Origin: an uncultured Candidatus Saccharibacteria bacterium
GTDB lineage: Bacteria; Patescibacteriota; Saccharimonadia; Saccharimonadales; CAYVSP01
Direction: 5' to 3'
Assembly (NCBI GenBank): GCA_964453655.1
Contig: CAYVSP010000001.1
Span: 645-64,644, forward strand
Length of the DNA stretch: 64,000 bases
In this document: piece by piece, positions 27,615 through 37,735 of the stretch
How positions within the stretch are numbered: the stretch's first letter is position 1
Layout: every line of letters starts with the position of its first letter
Notes under the pieces: model-generated
The model's input: the letters and a program-made list of their open reading frames with translations, nothing else
Told to the model about the DNA's origin: nothing
The model's database searches: none
Made by a program: the position numbers and the translations under genes

Positions 27615-30107
27615 TTAAACTACAAAATTAACGAGCTTATTGGGCACTAGTATTGTTTTGTGTATCTTTTGGCCTTTTAGGTAACCGGCTACTTTTTTAT
27701 CAGCCCGCGCTGCTTTTACGACTTGTTCTTCTGAGCTGTCGTTTGCCACCGCTATATTAGCCCGAACTTTGCCGTTTACCTGGACGACAATATTAACAGT
27801 GTCTGTGGAGATATAAGCAACATCCCACTTTGGCCAATGGCCAACATGAACGCTATCCTCATGCCCTAATTGATGCCAAAGCTCCTCGGCAATAAACGGT
27901 GCAAATGGGGCAATTAACATGACTAAACTTTCTAAAGTTAACTGCCAGCTTTTATGATCAGAAAAGCCATCGGTTTTTAGCTTGTATAGCTCATTTGTGC
28001 ATTGCATGGCAGCCGCGATGGCCGTGTTGTATTTGAGCGCTTCAATATCCTTAGTAACTTTTTTAATACATTGGTTTATAGCTCTGAGCGCTCTTTCTGG
28101 CTTTGTTGCATTGTTCGATTTACTAGCCTTAAACTCCTCAACCAGATTCCAGATACGTGATAAAAAGCGAAATGTACCAGGTACTCCTTGTGGGTCCCAG
28201 CGCGCCCCAATTTCAAGCGGTGCAGCAAACATCAAATAGGTTCTTAGTGCATCAGCCCCGTATCCCTGATCAATAATTTCTAGTGGATCAATGCCGTTGC
28301 CTTTGGATTTTGAAAAGGCGCTGCCGTCACTTGCGCTAACCTTGCCATTAAATAAAAACTGCTTGAACGGTTCGGGGTTCTGAATTAAGCCCTTTTTATG
28401 AAAGAAACGAGTCACAAAACGAGCATAGATCATATGAGCTGTAGCGTGGTCAGCACCATTATAAAAGTCAATCGGCATCCATTTGTTTACAACACTCGAG
28501 GCGAATGCTTTTTGATCATTTTTGGGGTCAAAATAGCGTAGCATATACCAACTACTGCAGATATAGGTATCCAGTGTATCGGTTTCGCGCTCGCCGGCCT
28601 TGCCACACTTAGGGCATGGCGCTTTTAGCCAACTACTAGCCCGGGCTAGAGCACTGCGACCATCTCCGGTTGGCGCATATTTACTGATTTCCGGTAATAC
28701 CACTGGCAGATCCTTATCAGCCACTAGCACTGGACCATGATCGGGGCAATGAATAATTGGAATTGGTGCGCCCCAATAGCGTTGACGGCTGACACTCCAG
28801 TCTCTCATACGATAGGTAGTTACTTTTTTACCCATAGCGTGTTTCTCCATGTAATCCATCATTTTTTTGGTGGCTTCATGTATATCCAGACCATTCAAAA
28901 AGTCAGAATTGGTCATCACACCTGTCTCTTCTTGAACTTGTGATTTGTCAGTAATCGGAGAATCTTCTCCATTCGGACCAACAACTACTCGGACTATTGG
29001 TAGGCCGAATTCTTCGGCAAACTCAAAGTCACGCACATCATGACCAGGCACACCCACTACTGCGCCCGTACCAAAGCCAGATAGTACAAAATCTGCTACC
29101 CAAATGGGAAGCCTTTCGCTATTGAGTTTATTTACCACATATAAACCAGTGAATACACCAGTTTTCTGGCGGCCCTCTTGTTGCCGCTCAACTTCAGACT
29201 TAGTAAGAGCTTTATTAATGTAGGTACTAACTTTTTGTGAAGTATCTTCGCCATCGTCTGAAACAATTTTCTTGTCAGCAACTTGGCGAGCCAGCTCGTG
29301 TTCGGGGGACAGCACAATAAAGGTAGCTCCGAAATTGGTATCTGGCCGGGTGGTAAAACAAGTGACAGCCAGCGGTTGGCCGGCGTTATCAACATCATAG
29401 GTTATATTGATGCCATGTTTGCGACCGATCCAGTCTTTTTGAGCCAGCTTAACGCTTTCGGTCCAGTCAAGATCATCAATTGCTTCTAACAGTTCATCGG
29501 CATAATCTGTAATCTTAAAAAACCACTGCTTGACTTCTTTTTTCTCGACAAATGGATCGTTTGGCCCATCATGCCGCCAGCATTTACCATCAATGACTTG
29601 TTCGTTCGCAAGTACCGTATTGTCAATTGAGCACCACCATTGCATTCTGGAATCCTGGTAAGCCAGCCCTGCACGATACATTTCACTAAAAATCCACTGT
29701 GTCCACTTGTAATATTCGGGTTCATGGGTAGCAATTTCTTTGCTCCAGTCATTACTCCAACCCATAGCTTTGTACTGTTTGTGATAATTCGGAATAATTG
29801 TCGTCATCGACTCTTGTGGAGATACTCCGACCTTGATAGCGTAATTTTCGGCAGGCAAGCCAAACGCATCCCATCCGACTGGATGATAGCTTTCGTGCCC
29901 CTGCTGCCGCTTAAAGCGTGCCAGTACATCACTTATGGTGTAGTTCATAGCATGTCCAATATGTATACCGGCCCCGCTAGGGTAGTTGAACATACTCATG
30001 GCAATATACTTGGGCTTTTTACTGCTCAGATCAGCTTTGTAGGTTTGCTTTTCGTCCCAGTGCTTTCGCCATTTGGGCTCGATTTCCTTAGGATTATATC
30101 GCTTCAT
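27615..30107 (-). CDS. leuS: Leucine--tRNA ligase
   Basis: HIGH motif, GWDAFGLPAEN, editing domain TTRPDT, RQRYWG, AFSKS (KMSKS variant). Confidence 0.97.
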   Translation of the reverse strand: MKRYNPKEIEPKWRKHWDEKQTYKADLSSKKPKYIAMSMFNYPSGAGIHIGHAMNYTISDVLARFKRQQGHESYHPVGWDAFGLPAENYAIKVGVSPQESMTTIIPNYHKQYKAMGWSNDWSKEIATHEPEYYKWTQWIFSEMYRAGLAYQDSRMQWWCSIDNTVLANEQVIDGKCWRHDGPNDPFVEKKEVKQWFFKITDYADELLEAIDDLDWTESVKLAQKDWIGRKHGINITYDVDNAGQPLAVTCFTTRPDTNFGATFIVLSPEHELARQVADKKIVSDDGEDTSQKVSTYINKALTKSEVERQQEGRQKTGVFTGLYVVNKLNSERLPIWVADFVLSGFGTGAVVGVPGHDVRDFEFAEEFGLPIVRVVVGPNGEDSPITDKSQVQEETGVMTNSDFLNGLDIHEATKKMMDYMEKHAMGKKVTTYRMRDWSVSRQRYWGAPIPIIHCPDHGPVLVADKDLPVVLPEISKYAPTGDGRSALARASSWLKAPCPKCGKAGERETDTLDTYICSSWYMLRYFDPKNDQKAFASSVVNKWMPIDFYNGADHATAHMIYARFVTRFFHKKGLIQNPEPFKQFLFNGKVSASDGSAFSKSKGNGIDPLEIIDQGYGADALRTYLMFAAPLEIGARWDPQGVPGTFRFLSRIWNLVEEFKASKSNNATKPERALRAINQCIKKVTKDIEALKYNTAIAAAMQCTNELYKLKTDGFSDHKSWQLTLESLVMLIAPFAPFIAEELWHQLGHEDSVHVGHWPKWDVAYISTDTVNIVVQVNGKVRANIAVANDSSEEQVVKAARADKKVAGYLKGQKIHKTILVPNKLVNFVV

Positions 30108-30147
30108 ATGCAGCTTTCACCTTAGCATAACAGAGGTGAAGCAGCAA

Positions 30148-30948
30148 CTATTGGGCTGGGTGGCCGAAGTATTCACCTTGGGCATCAGCTGGTAACTGTA
30201 ACAGCTCGCTAACTGTCACCAAATTATATTTGGCTTTTAAGTCTTGAACAATCTGATGGGCAGCTGCAGCCGTGGTTGGCTTTGAATCATGCATGATGAT
30301 AATAGCCCCCGGCCGGGCCTGCGCTTCCACCACACTAACCAAATTTGCCGGGTTGTTTTCATGCCAATCTTTAGGGTCAACGTTCCATAAAATTATAGGC
30401 ATATGGATAGTATTAAGCATGGTTGGTGTTGCACTTCCATATGGCAGACGGAAAACACGTGGCGCTGGCACACCCGTTGAGACAATAATATCTTGAGTCT
30501 TATTGAGCTGATCCTGCATTTGTACTGGCGTCAATTTAGCAAAGTTTGGATGGCTCCAACTATGATTACCAACCTCGTTGCCTAAGGCGTGCTCCCGTTG
30601 CACAATCGATTCATGACCAGGCACGTGGTTACCAATAACAAAGAAGGTGGCTTTAGCATTTTCACTTTCTAAGGCATCTAGTATTCGCGGCGTTGTTGCT
30701 GGCTCTGGTCCATCGTCAAATGTTAGTGCCACACAGGCATCTTTATTGCAATCTACTGGCTTGGGAGGTTGCTTAACCACCATGTTCATAGCGACCGATT
30801 CCAGCGAAGAAGCATATACTTTTGTTGAGATTTGTTGAGATTGCCCTTTTTGGGCCAATACCATAGCGACGCCCAGTGTTGCCGCAATTATAACTCCATT
30901 TACTCGTGAAGACACGAGGCGGCGCCCAAACTCTCGCACTCGTTTCAT
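30148..30948 (-). CDS. Polysaccharide/peptidoglycan deacetylase (NodB-type)
   Basis: LTFDDGP, NHSWSH, FRLPYG, IIMHD. Confidence 0.92.
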   Translation of the reverse strand: MKRVREFGRRLVSSRVNGVIIAATLGVAMVLAQKGQSQQISTKVYASSLESVAMNMVVKQPPKPVDCNKDACVALTFDDGPEPATTPRILDALESENAKATFFVIGNHVPGHESIVQREHALGNEVGNHSWSHPNFAKLTPVQMQDQLNKTQDIIVSTGVPAPRVFRLPYGSATPTMLNTIHMPIILWNVDPKDWHENNPANLVSVVEAQARPGAIIIMHDSKPTTAAAAHQIVQDLKAKYNLVTVSELLQLPADAQGEYFGHPAQ

Positions 30949-30987
30949 GGGTAGTCACAGTGTACTCTGGCGGTGAACAATTTTCTA

Positions 30988-32013
30988 CTATAATTTGCGG
31001 GCTTTTCGGCGGGCCGTTTCAAATAAAAAGGTCAGCGGATACCGCATTTTGTCAATAACTAAATCATGAGCTGGCAAATAAGCCACGTCCTCGCCGCCAA
31101 AACCGCGCTTAAAGACAGAGACTCCATAAAATCGATGTTTGGTTTGACCGTGCTCTGTTACACCCCAAAGGTTATAACGTATGCAACCACGGCGCCGTGC
31201 CTCGGTAATCACCTCCCACTGAATGGCATAGGCACCCGGATACTGTCGCGCCAGATCTGTGCTTGCCCCATAGTGGTAAGCTGCTTCGGATCCATAGAAA
31301 ATTATAAAAGCCATAGACAAAAGCTTGCCTTTGAAGGTAGCCCGGTACATGAGCACTTTATCGGCAGCTGCAAAAACCCTAAACTGTTCGCTTAAAAAGC
31401 GCTTTGAAAAAGGTACAAACTTCTGACGCTGCGCTGTTTGTAGTTGCAGGTTATAAAATTCCTCAAGATATGTATCTGCTGCTGTTGCTTCAACCTCTAT
31501 GCCAAGCTTAGCAGCTCGCTTTAGGTCATAGCGTGTACCTTTGCGCATGGCTCGTTTAAGTTCATCATCGCTTTTTGTCAGATCTAGTTGGCTGGTTAAA
31601 TCGGCTGTCACATGCATCGGCGCTTTGCGAAATCCTAGACTTTTAAATAGAGTCTGGTTTTCTTTTGTATTTAGCAGTTGTGGCCGAATCCGCACAAATA
31701 AACAATTATGCTGTTTGGCTATTTCTCTTAGAGTTTTCAGCCAGGTTTGTACTACTTGTTTATTTGACCAATCAAGAATAGGGCCTCCCGGTGCGACCAT
31801 ATGTCGGCCGCGTCGGGCAGGTTCGACTACGCCAAGTAGTACCCCAACCAGCTGTTCCTCTTTATAAAAACCAATTCTAATAACCGGATGATTAAGACGA
31901 TCATGGAACTCGCCCCAATACCAGGAGTGTAGAAAATTAGCTTCAGGGTGCTGGGCCAAAAAGCCTTCCCACTCCGCCTTATCTTCGATTGATTTTACTT
32001 CGACGTTTGCCAT
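30988..32013 (-). CDS. FemAB/FemX-family aminoacyl-tRNA-dependent peptidyltransferase
   Basis: FLHSWYWG, LDL...MRKGTRY, YHYGAS, YNLWG, FKRGFGG. Confidence 0.88.
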   Translation of the reverse strand: MANVEVKSIEDKAEWEGFLAQHPEANFLHSWYWGEFHDRLNHPVIRIGFYKEEQLVGVLLGVVEPARRGRHMVAPGGPILDWSNKQVVQTWLKTLREIAKQHNCLFVRIRPQLLNTKENQTLFKSLGFRKAPMHVTADLTSQLDLTKSDDELKRAMRKGTRYDLKRAAKLGIEVEATAADTYLEEFYNLQLQTAQRQKFVPFSKRFLSEQFRVFAAADKVLMYRATFKGKLLSMAFIIFYGSEAAYHYGASTDLARQYPGAYAIQWEVITEARRRGCIRYNLWGVTEHGQTKHRFYGVSVFKRGFGGEDVAYLPAHDLVIDKMRYPLTFLFETARRKARKL

Positions 32014-33185
32014 GCATTCACCAAATTTGCTATAAAAGCTGCTTGCTTTTCATTGACGTGTATATGAGTGGGTAAATTGACTATGTGTGCAGCTAACGAC
32101 TCCGCGTTTGGACATTCACCTGCTTGATAGTTGGTTTGCGCTAAATACTGGCTTGGCCCAATTGGCGCATCATACCAAGTATCCCCTATATAAATATGGA
32201 AGCTCTTGAGGTGATCAACCAAGCTTTGTCTATCCTCCACCCAAATAGGAAAACGCAAGTATAGGGTAGAATCCTGGGCAGCCGTTTTGAGCAGCAACAC
32301 CTGAGGCAATGTTTTTTTATAGACTGTACTAATCACTTGACGATGCGTTTGTTCTTTAGCTTGTTTAGCCAACCGTTTTTGCAGCAGTCTAGCGGCGGTA
32401 GGATCAAGAGCACTAATACCTTTCAGGTTATCGCTCATGGGAGTTGCCAATAAATGCATTTTTTTTAGCCCAAAATGTAGGTAACGGCCAAGGCCAATCG
32501 GGTATAAGTTGCGAATTAGAAATGTCCAGAAGGGATAGAAGCGATTAATCCAGCGTTGCCATATGTTTACCGGCCTTAGTGCTTCGGTAACTATGGTTTT
32601 TTTACGCCGGTCTACCAATGCACCACCAGCTACTATATCGAGCGGCTTGTCCTGGCTAAAAGACAGCATAGTCATTGCCCCGACCGTACCGGCTTCGCGT
32701 CCGTCACTATAGTGCCCACTTTGGCTGTGGGCTAAGTCTTCAATGATAGTTATATCGTTTTGCTGACAATAGGCTTCAATTGTCATCATATCGGCCGGAA
32801 CACCCAGAGTGTTTTGAACAATAATCGCTTTAATACCAGGCTGCCGTTTGTGTGCTGCCTGCAACCCAGCAACATCAAAATTGAGCTGCTTAGGGGGCAC
32901 ATCGATAAAAACTGGTTTAAGTCCGGCATTTTGAACCGCCTGGTATACCACGTAACAGGTAAAGCCATTAATGCCAACGAAGGAGCCGGTCGGTAAGTCA
33001 AGATTTTTAAGAGCCAACTCTAGGGCCTGTCTTCCCTTATAGGTCAGTGTCACTTCACCCTCGTAGCGCTTCTTAAGCGTTTGGCGAACAGCATCGGCCG
33101 CTTTTTGACTCTTACCCGTACCAAATAATTTCTGTAAAACATCGCTTAACGTGTAGTTAGATCCCAACGAATTAAATACAGCCAT
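31995..33185 (-). CDS. DegT/DnrJ/EryC1/StrS PLP aminotransferase
   Basis: GRQAL, IIEDLAHS, SFSQDK, LPTH. Confidence 0.85.
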   Translation of the reverse strand: MAVFNSLGSNYTLSDVLQKLFGTGKSQKAADAVRQTLKKRYEGEVTLTYKGRQALELALKNLDLPTGSFVGINGFTCYVVYQAVQNAGLKPVFIDVPPKQLNFDVAGLQAAHKRQPGIKAIIVQNTLGVPADMMTIEAYCQQNDITIIEDLAHSQSGHYSDGREAGTVGAMTMLSFSQDKPLDIVAGGALVDRRKKTIVTEALRPVNIWQRWINRFYPFWTFLIRNLYPIGLGRYLHFGLKKMHLLATPMSDNLKGISALDPTAARLLQKRLAKQAKEQTHRQVISTVYKKTLPQVLLLKTAAQDSTLYLRFPIWVEDRQSLVDHLKSFHIYIGDTWYDAPIGPSQYLAQTNYQAGECPNAESLAAHIVNLPTHIHVNEKQAAFIANLVNAWQTSK

Positions 33186-33868
33186 TAATTAAGTACCTTT
33201 GCAATATAGTCAGCTACTACTTTAGGGTGCGAAAACTGAGGAGCGTGGCGGGCATCATCAATAATGAAAGGCTTCTGGGCATTCGGCAGGCGCCGCTGCA
33301 TGGTGAAAGCATCCTTAACGGGTGTCATAGGGTCTTGGCGGCCCCAAATAATATCAACCGTCGCCTGTACTTTTTCAAGCTTTAAACTGTAATCCGATTT
33401 CAGTAAGTTAATCATGGTAGATCGTCCTATCGGTTCAGCATCCAGATAGTCGCGTGCTTTAGCAATCTTATATAGTAATCGACGGGCCGACTCTGACTTT
33501 GTTAGTGGTTTACCGACTTTGGCAAGTATCTTAAAGGTAGTTCGCTTAAGCTTCGATTTCAATTCAGTCCGTGGGATACCAGCACTATCAATCAGAATAA
33601 GATGGCTCACTCGCTCTGGATAGTGAACTGCAAAATTAAGAGCTAAGCGTCCGCCGTTTGAGTGCCCAATAAGTACTGCGGGTGCCTGGCCAACTTCTTT
33701 GCCCAGCCAAGCCATGTAGTTTTCAATTGACCAGGGCTCGGTTGCTTTTTTGGTTAGAACTGGTATGTCCGGCATGGTTGGCTCGATGCCACGGCGCTTT
33801 AGTTCTTCAATTAGCGGTTTCCACTTTGTGTTATCGTACGCCCAGCCGTGCAAGATTATGGTTTTCAT
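33185..33868 (-). CDS. Alpha/beta hydrolase
   Basis: ILHGW, GHSNGG nucleophile elbow, WG..D, H. Confidence 0.88.
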   Translation of the reverse strand: MKTIILHGWAYDNTKWKPLIEELKRRGIEPTMPDIPVLTKKATEPWSIENYMAWLGKEVGQAPAVLIGHSNGGRLALNFAVHYPERVSHLILIDSAGIPRTELKSKLKRTTFKILAKVGKPLTKSESARRLLYKIAKARDYLDAEPIGRSTMINLLKSDYSLKLEKVQATVDIIWGRQDPMTPVKDAFTMQRRLPNAQKPFIIDDARHAPQFSHPKVVADYIAKVLN

Positions 33869-35148
33869 CGGGGCAGCCCCCACTGCTGGCGTCGCTTTAC
33901 CCAGTTCGCTTCGCGGCGAACCAGATGTTGAGCATCGCTAGGGTCTTTAAGTAGTTGTTCTATCACTCCCTCTAAGAATCGGCCGCCTTTAAAAAACAGC
34001 GTCTCGCCGCCTTGCAAATTTTTCTCAATAAAATCAAGAACTTCTTTAGGGCTTTCAAAGCTATCTACCGGTGTCGATAATTGCTTTTTTAGAATTGGAT
34101 AAGTGTGCTTGCGGGTACGCGGGCCTAACAAAATTACCCGCTCGGCTTTAATCCGGGCTATCACTTCAGCTAATTTTTCATGTTCTTCAACTTCAACGGT
34201 ACCTTGCTCTAAAATATCACCCAGCACTAGCCACTTTTTCTGAGCCTTATACGTATTAAATAGTTCAAGCAAAGCCGTCATAGCACCCAGGCCAGTATTG
34301 TAGGTACTATCAATAATAGTCGTGTCTTTTTTACCTGCGAAAACACTGCTTCGTCCAGGAGGCATTACTAAGTTTTGATAATTAGAATCGATGCTTTTAT
34401 TTAAATAGCTTGTCAGCGCTTCAACCATTTGGATACTAACGCCTAACTCTTTGGGATGCAGGCCGGGCAATTGGACAGTATGATTGTTAACTATGAAGAT
34501 GGTGTGCCCCTCTTCTAACCTATGTACGCTGACAACTTTATTAGAAATTTCTAAGACTTTTGCGGACGGTTGCACGCGAGAAAGCTGAGGCTTGATAACA
34601 GATTGATCAGCATTAACTACTACCATTTTTTTGGTTTGGGCTATAAAATTGCCGAATTCTTGTGCAATAGCTTCTTCATGTGTTTTAAAACGGCCACCTT
34701 GCACTAGAGCATCAAAATTCATACTGTGCGTACGATAGACACTAACCCAAATAGTTACCTCTGGTTTTAATAGCTCAGCTAAAAAGGCCCCTTCATGCGG
34801 ACGATCATTGTCAGCTTCAACAATATACAATTTTGTAGTTGGAGGCTTTCGCCAGGCTTTGATAGGAGCTAAGAGAATATGGCTCAGCCACTGTTTGCGG
34901 TCCAGGATATTCGTCTCTAGCCCTAAAATATGAAATGGAATTCCTATGGCGCTATTAGCATGATGCGAATAGATAGCTTTATCACCAAGTTGCGCTTCTA
35001 CGAGTTGCAACAAGGTTGTTTTACCTGATGAGCCAGTAATAACAATAATGCGCGGTTTCCAGCGGCGCAGAACAAAGCGCGCCCAAAAAGCAAAATAGCT
35101 CGCAACAACAAAATACAAGCGCTTCTTAAATGCATGAAGCATATACAC
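33865..35148 (-). CDS. MurF-like Mur ligase (no N-terminal domain)
   Basis: ITGSSGKTT P-loop, PGR, IIDSTYN, LVLGDILE, FKG. Confidence 0.85.
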   Translation of the reverse strand: MYMLHAFKKRLYFVVASYFAFWARFVLRRWKPRIIVITGSSGKTTLLQLVEAQLGDKAIYSHHANSAIGIPFHILGLETNILDRKQWLSHILLAPIKAWRKPPTTKLYIVEADNDRPHEGAFLAELLKPEVTIWVSVYRTHSMNFDALVQGGRFKTHEEAIAQEFGNFIAQTKKMVVVNADQSVIKPQLSRVQPSAKVLEISNKVVSVHRLEEGHTIFIVNNHTVQLPGLHPKELGVSIQMVEALTSYLNKSIDSNYQNLVMPPGRSSVFAGKKDTTIIDSTYNTGLGAMTALLELFNTYKAQKKWLVLGDILEQGTVEVEEHEKLAEVIARIKAERVILLGPRTRKHTYPILKKQLSTPVDSFESPKEVLDFIEKNLQGGETLFFKGGRFLEGVIEQLLKDPSDAQHLVRREANWVKRRQQWGLPR

Positions 35149-35185
35149 TATTTTAGCGTATTCTTCTCTGTTTTTATCAAACTTG

Positions 35186-36667
35186 TTAATGGGCTCTTCG
35201 TTGTGCGGCTAAAAATGGCTGTAATAATGCCTGCATCTGAGAGGGGGTGGGCAGAGTACGGGACAGGCTTGTGCTAAGTGAATAAGTTACTTTCTTTGAG
35301 GCTTCGTTTTCAGAAGATACAATGACTGGACTGACAGCGAACCGCCAAGGCCTGTTAATCATATCGATGGCTGATAATAGCGCACAGCGTTCAAGGTATT
35401 TTCGGGCAGGTTTAATAAATTTAAAAAGCGTATCTATCTCAACTCCGTCCCCCGCTTTCATTACGAACAAGAAGCTTAATATTTCCTGTTCAAGTGGGTT
35501 AAGTTCAAGCTCGTCCCCCCCAAGCTCAAAACGTTTTGAGATAAAGTTATACACCATACTCAAAGACTGTTTAATGATTTCAGGGGATTGTGGTGGTATC
35601 TGTATTTCGGGGCTGTGCTCTTCTACGGCTGCTGTATCCGAACTTTCTTTTCCTGGCGCTGTACTCGGTACTGCAGTAGGTATCTCGTCATCGGCTTCCA
35701 AAAGTGCGCCGTTATCATTATCATGCAGCCCAGTTTCTTCCTTTATGCCTAGGCGTGGTGGGGCTTCTGTTTGCTCAGTACCTTGGCGAACAAAATCGCC
35801 CACGTCTGGCGTATCGATTTTTGTTGTTTTCGGTTGTGCTCTCCGCAAAGCAGTCTTTGTGGTCGCTTCCTCTTCTCCCTGATTTAAGCTAACAGGTGTG
35901 GCTGGTAAAATCCAGGTATAAGTAGACTGCCTACTGCTCCGATCGGTTTCTACCACATCTATCCAATACATCCTGCTGAACAACCTACGCATATCCGAAC
36001 AAAAATTACCAATAGTGGAACTGAAGTTAATCCCCCGCTGATAATCGCCAATATCTTTTGGGCAGTATCCAGCATCCAAAATATCCGCCTTAGTTAAGGG
36101 AACCCCTGGACTATTAACAAATACCGAAAGCAAAAAAAGCTTATGCGGACTCAGGGGGTGCCTTATTCCGTCAACGATGACATGTTTTTCGGCAAATTGT
36201 AATAACTGGACTTGGCTGTCTACCAAAACTTCAAAGGTCGTTCCCACTGGCAGAATTGTTTCACCGTAATCCTCACGCGTTAATCTATCACCGCTGCCTT
36301 TCTTGAAAGCTCTTGTTTGCGCTAAGGATAGATCTACCACTCCTCTTTCGCGTAGCTGACGTACATTCTGGATAACGGATAGTATAGTCCGAGTTGTCTG
36401 GTTCACTAATCCTACATCTTCCTCGAGGGTTGTAAGATCCATATCGCTCACACGCTCAGTCCAACTAGAGGTGTAATGTGCCATAGCGTAAGCTAGGTGA
36501 CGAGCTATAGCCTCAAGACGAGCAGCTTCATCCAATGGACTTTCACCTTTTTCTCCAGCAGGCTGTGTCATAAGTTCCTTTAACAACAAATTAAACCATT
36601 TATTTAATTCTTCTGCAAGCAATGAAAGATGTTTAGGGGGGATATCCTCCAGCGTGAGGGGATTCAC
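35186..36667 (-). CDS. Large hypothetical protein, possible winged-helix domains
   Basis: 493-aa ORF; segments resembling OmpR-type wHTH; start uncertain. Confidence 0.55.
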   Translation of the reverse strand: MNPLTLEDIPPKHLSLLAEELNKWFNLLLKELMTQPAGEKGESPLDEAARLEAIARHLAYAMAHYTSSWTERVSDMDLTTLEEDVGLVNQTTRTILSVIQNVRQLRERGVVDLSLAQTRAFKKGSGDRLTREDYGETILPVGTTFEVLVDSQVQLLQFAEKHVIVDGIRHPLSPHKLFLLSVFVNSPGVPLTKADILDAGYCPKDIGDYQRGINFSSTIGNFCSDMRRLFSRMYWIDVVETDRSSRQSTYTWILPATPVSLNQGEEEATTKTALRRAQPKTTKIDTPDVGDFVRQGTEQTEAPPRLGIKEETGLHDNDNGALLEADDEIPTAVPSTAPGKESSDTAAVEEHSPEIQIPPQSPEIIKQSLSMVYNFISKRFELGGDELELNPLEQEILSFLFVMKAGDGVEIDTLFKFIKPARKYLERCALLSAIDMINRPWRFAVSPVIVSSENEASKKVTYSLSTSLSRTLPTPSQMQALLQPFLAAQRRAH

Positions 36668-36817
36668 GCTGGGGCAAGGAGGAGTCCTGGGAGATCAAAC
36701 AAAAAGCGCACCCAAAAGGCGAAGTAGCCGGCGACTACAAAATATAAACGCTTCTTCAGTTTAGAAAGCATCTTACCTAGTATTTTACCTTATATTGCTT
36801 CCGTTAACGTGACTAGT

Positions 36818-37465
36818 CTAATTTGGCAGCTCAAAGATCTCGGGTCCAAGTTTTTTTGCTTTCGCGGTAGTAAGTTTTTGACATTTAATGTCTGGGTTAA
36901 GCCTTACTCTTGGATTACTTTCCTCGCCAGCTTTTCTTACTTCAAGGTTTATTAAATTAAATTCTCTTTCTTTATAAAAAGATGAATTTATTGCTTCTAT
37001 TTTTTCGAATAGTTGGCTGGAGTCGTTAATTTCACTAACTCCGCTCAGCAGGGCTAGTAACTGTCTAGTTGTCGCAGTTGCCGCAGGATCCATAGCATAT
37101 AGTAGTCGCAATATTTTATCTGTAGGCTCATCGACATCAAGCTCAGTATCATCTAGTACAAAGGTTTCTTTTTCGAAATCGAAAGATAAAATGGGTCGTG
37201 GTTTAACGGTTTCACCGGCTTCATTCGGTGAAACATCTGATCCCCCATCATCAGCTGATTCACGGGGTGTTTCAGGTGTTTTGCCAGAAGAGTCTGTAGA
37301 GGTAAAATTGTTAGCTTCATCACTCGCAACTGTCTCCTTAAAACTTACATTTTCAGGTAATACTATTCCGTCGAGCAGTCGTGCACTGACTTCCCTCAAC
37401 CAAGCTGCTCTTTCAGCAGGATTTGCATTAGGATTAAGCCTAGGGTACTCAGGCGAATCAGGCAT
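36818..37465 (-). CDS. Hypothetical protein, possible C-terminal winged helix
   Basis: 215-aa ORF; C-terminus resembles the preceding ORF's C-terminal domain. Confidence 0.55.
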   Translation of the reverse strand: MPDSPEYPRLNPNANPAERAAWLREVSARLLDGIVLPENVSFKETVASDEANNFTSTDSSGKTPETPRESADDGGSDVSPNEAGETVKPRPILSFDFEKETFVLDDTELDVDEPTDKILRLLYAMDPAATATTRQLLALLSGVSEINDSSQLFEKIEAINSSFYKEREFNLINLEVRKAGEESNPRVRLNPDIKCQKLTTAKAKKLGPEIFELPN

Positions 37466-37542
37466 AATACATTATTATACCATTTTTCTTACCCAAATAC
37501 AATAATCCGTTTCTCTCGCGATATTAGCAAGATGCCTAGGGG

Positions 37543-37653
37543 CCCCACGACAAGAGGATTTGTCATGGGGAAAGGAGGAACAATACAAGGCCCCACTAAA
37601 TTTGCGTTACTTGTTCGCGTAAATTTCAAGCGGGGCTGATATTAGTTCCGACG
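37543..37653. repeat. CCA-abutting structured repeat, copy A
   Basis: 11-bp hairpin with GAGGAT loop, AGGA..AACAA linker, long hairpin, GACG end. Confidence 0.9.
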
Positions 37654-37688
37654 TGGTGGAGTCTCTCCGGTATAACCTTTGAGACCCC
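37654..37688 (-). ncRNA. Putative 35-nt alanine-acceptor minihelix
   Basis: GGGGUCUC-AAA-GGU-UAU-ACC-GGA-GAGACUCC-A-CCA with G3:U70 and A73; TGnTATAAC upstream. Confidence 0.6.
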
Positions 37689-37735
37689 ATGCAAAAACAA
37701 TACTAACAGTGAGTTATAACACGCGCAAGCAATCA

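Noticed and set aside
37654-37688. Minihelix as tmRNA or permuted two-piece tmRNA
   Set aside because: Only 19 nt separate the acceptor strands, in non-permuted order; no T arm, tag ORF or pseudoknots
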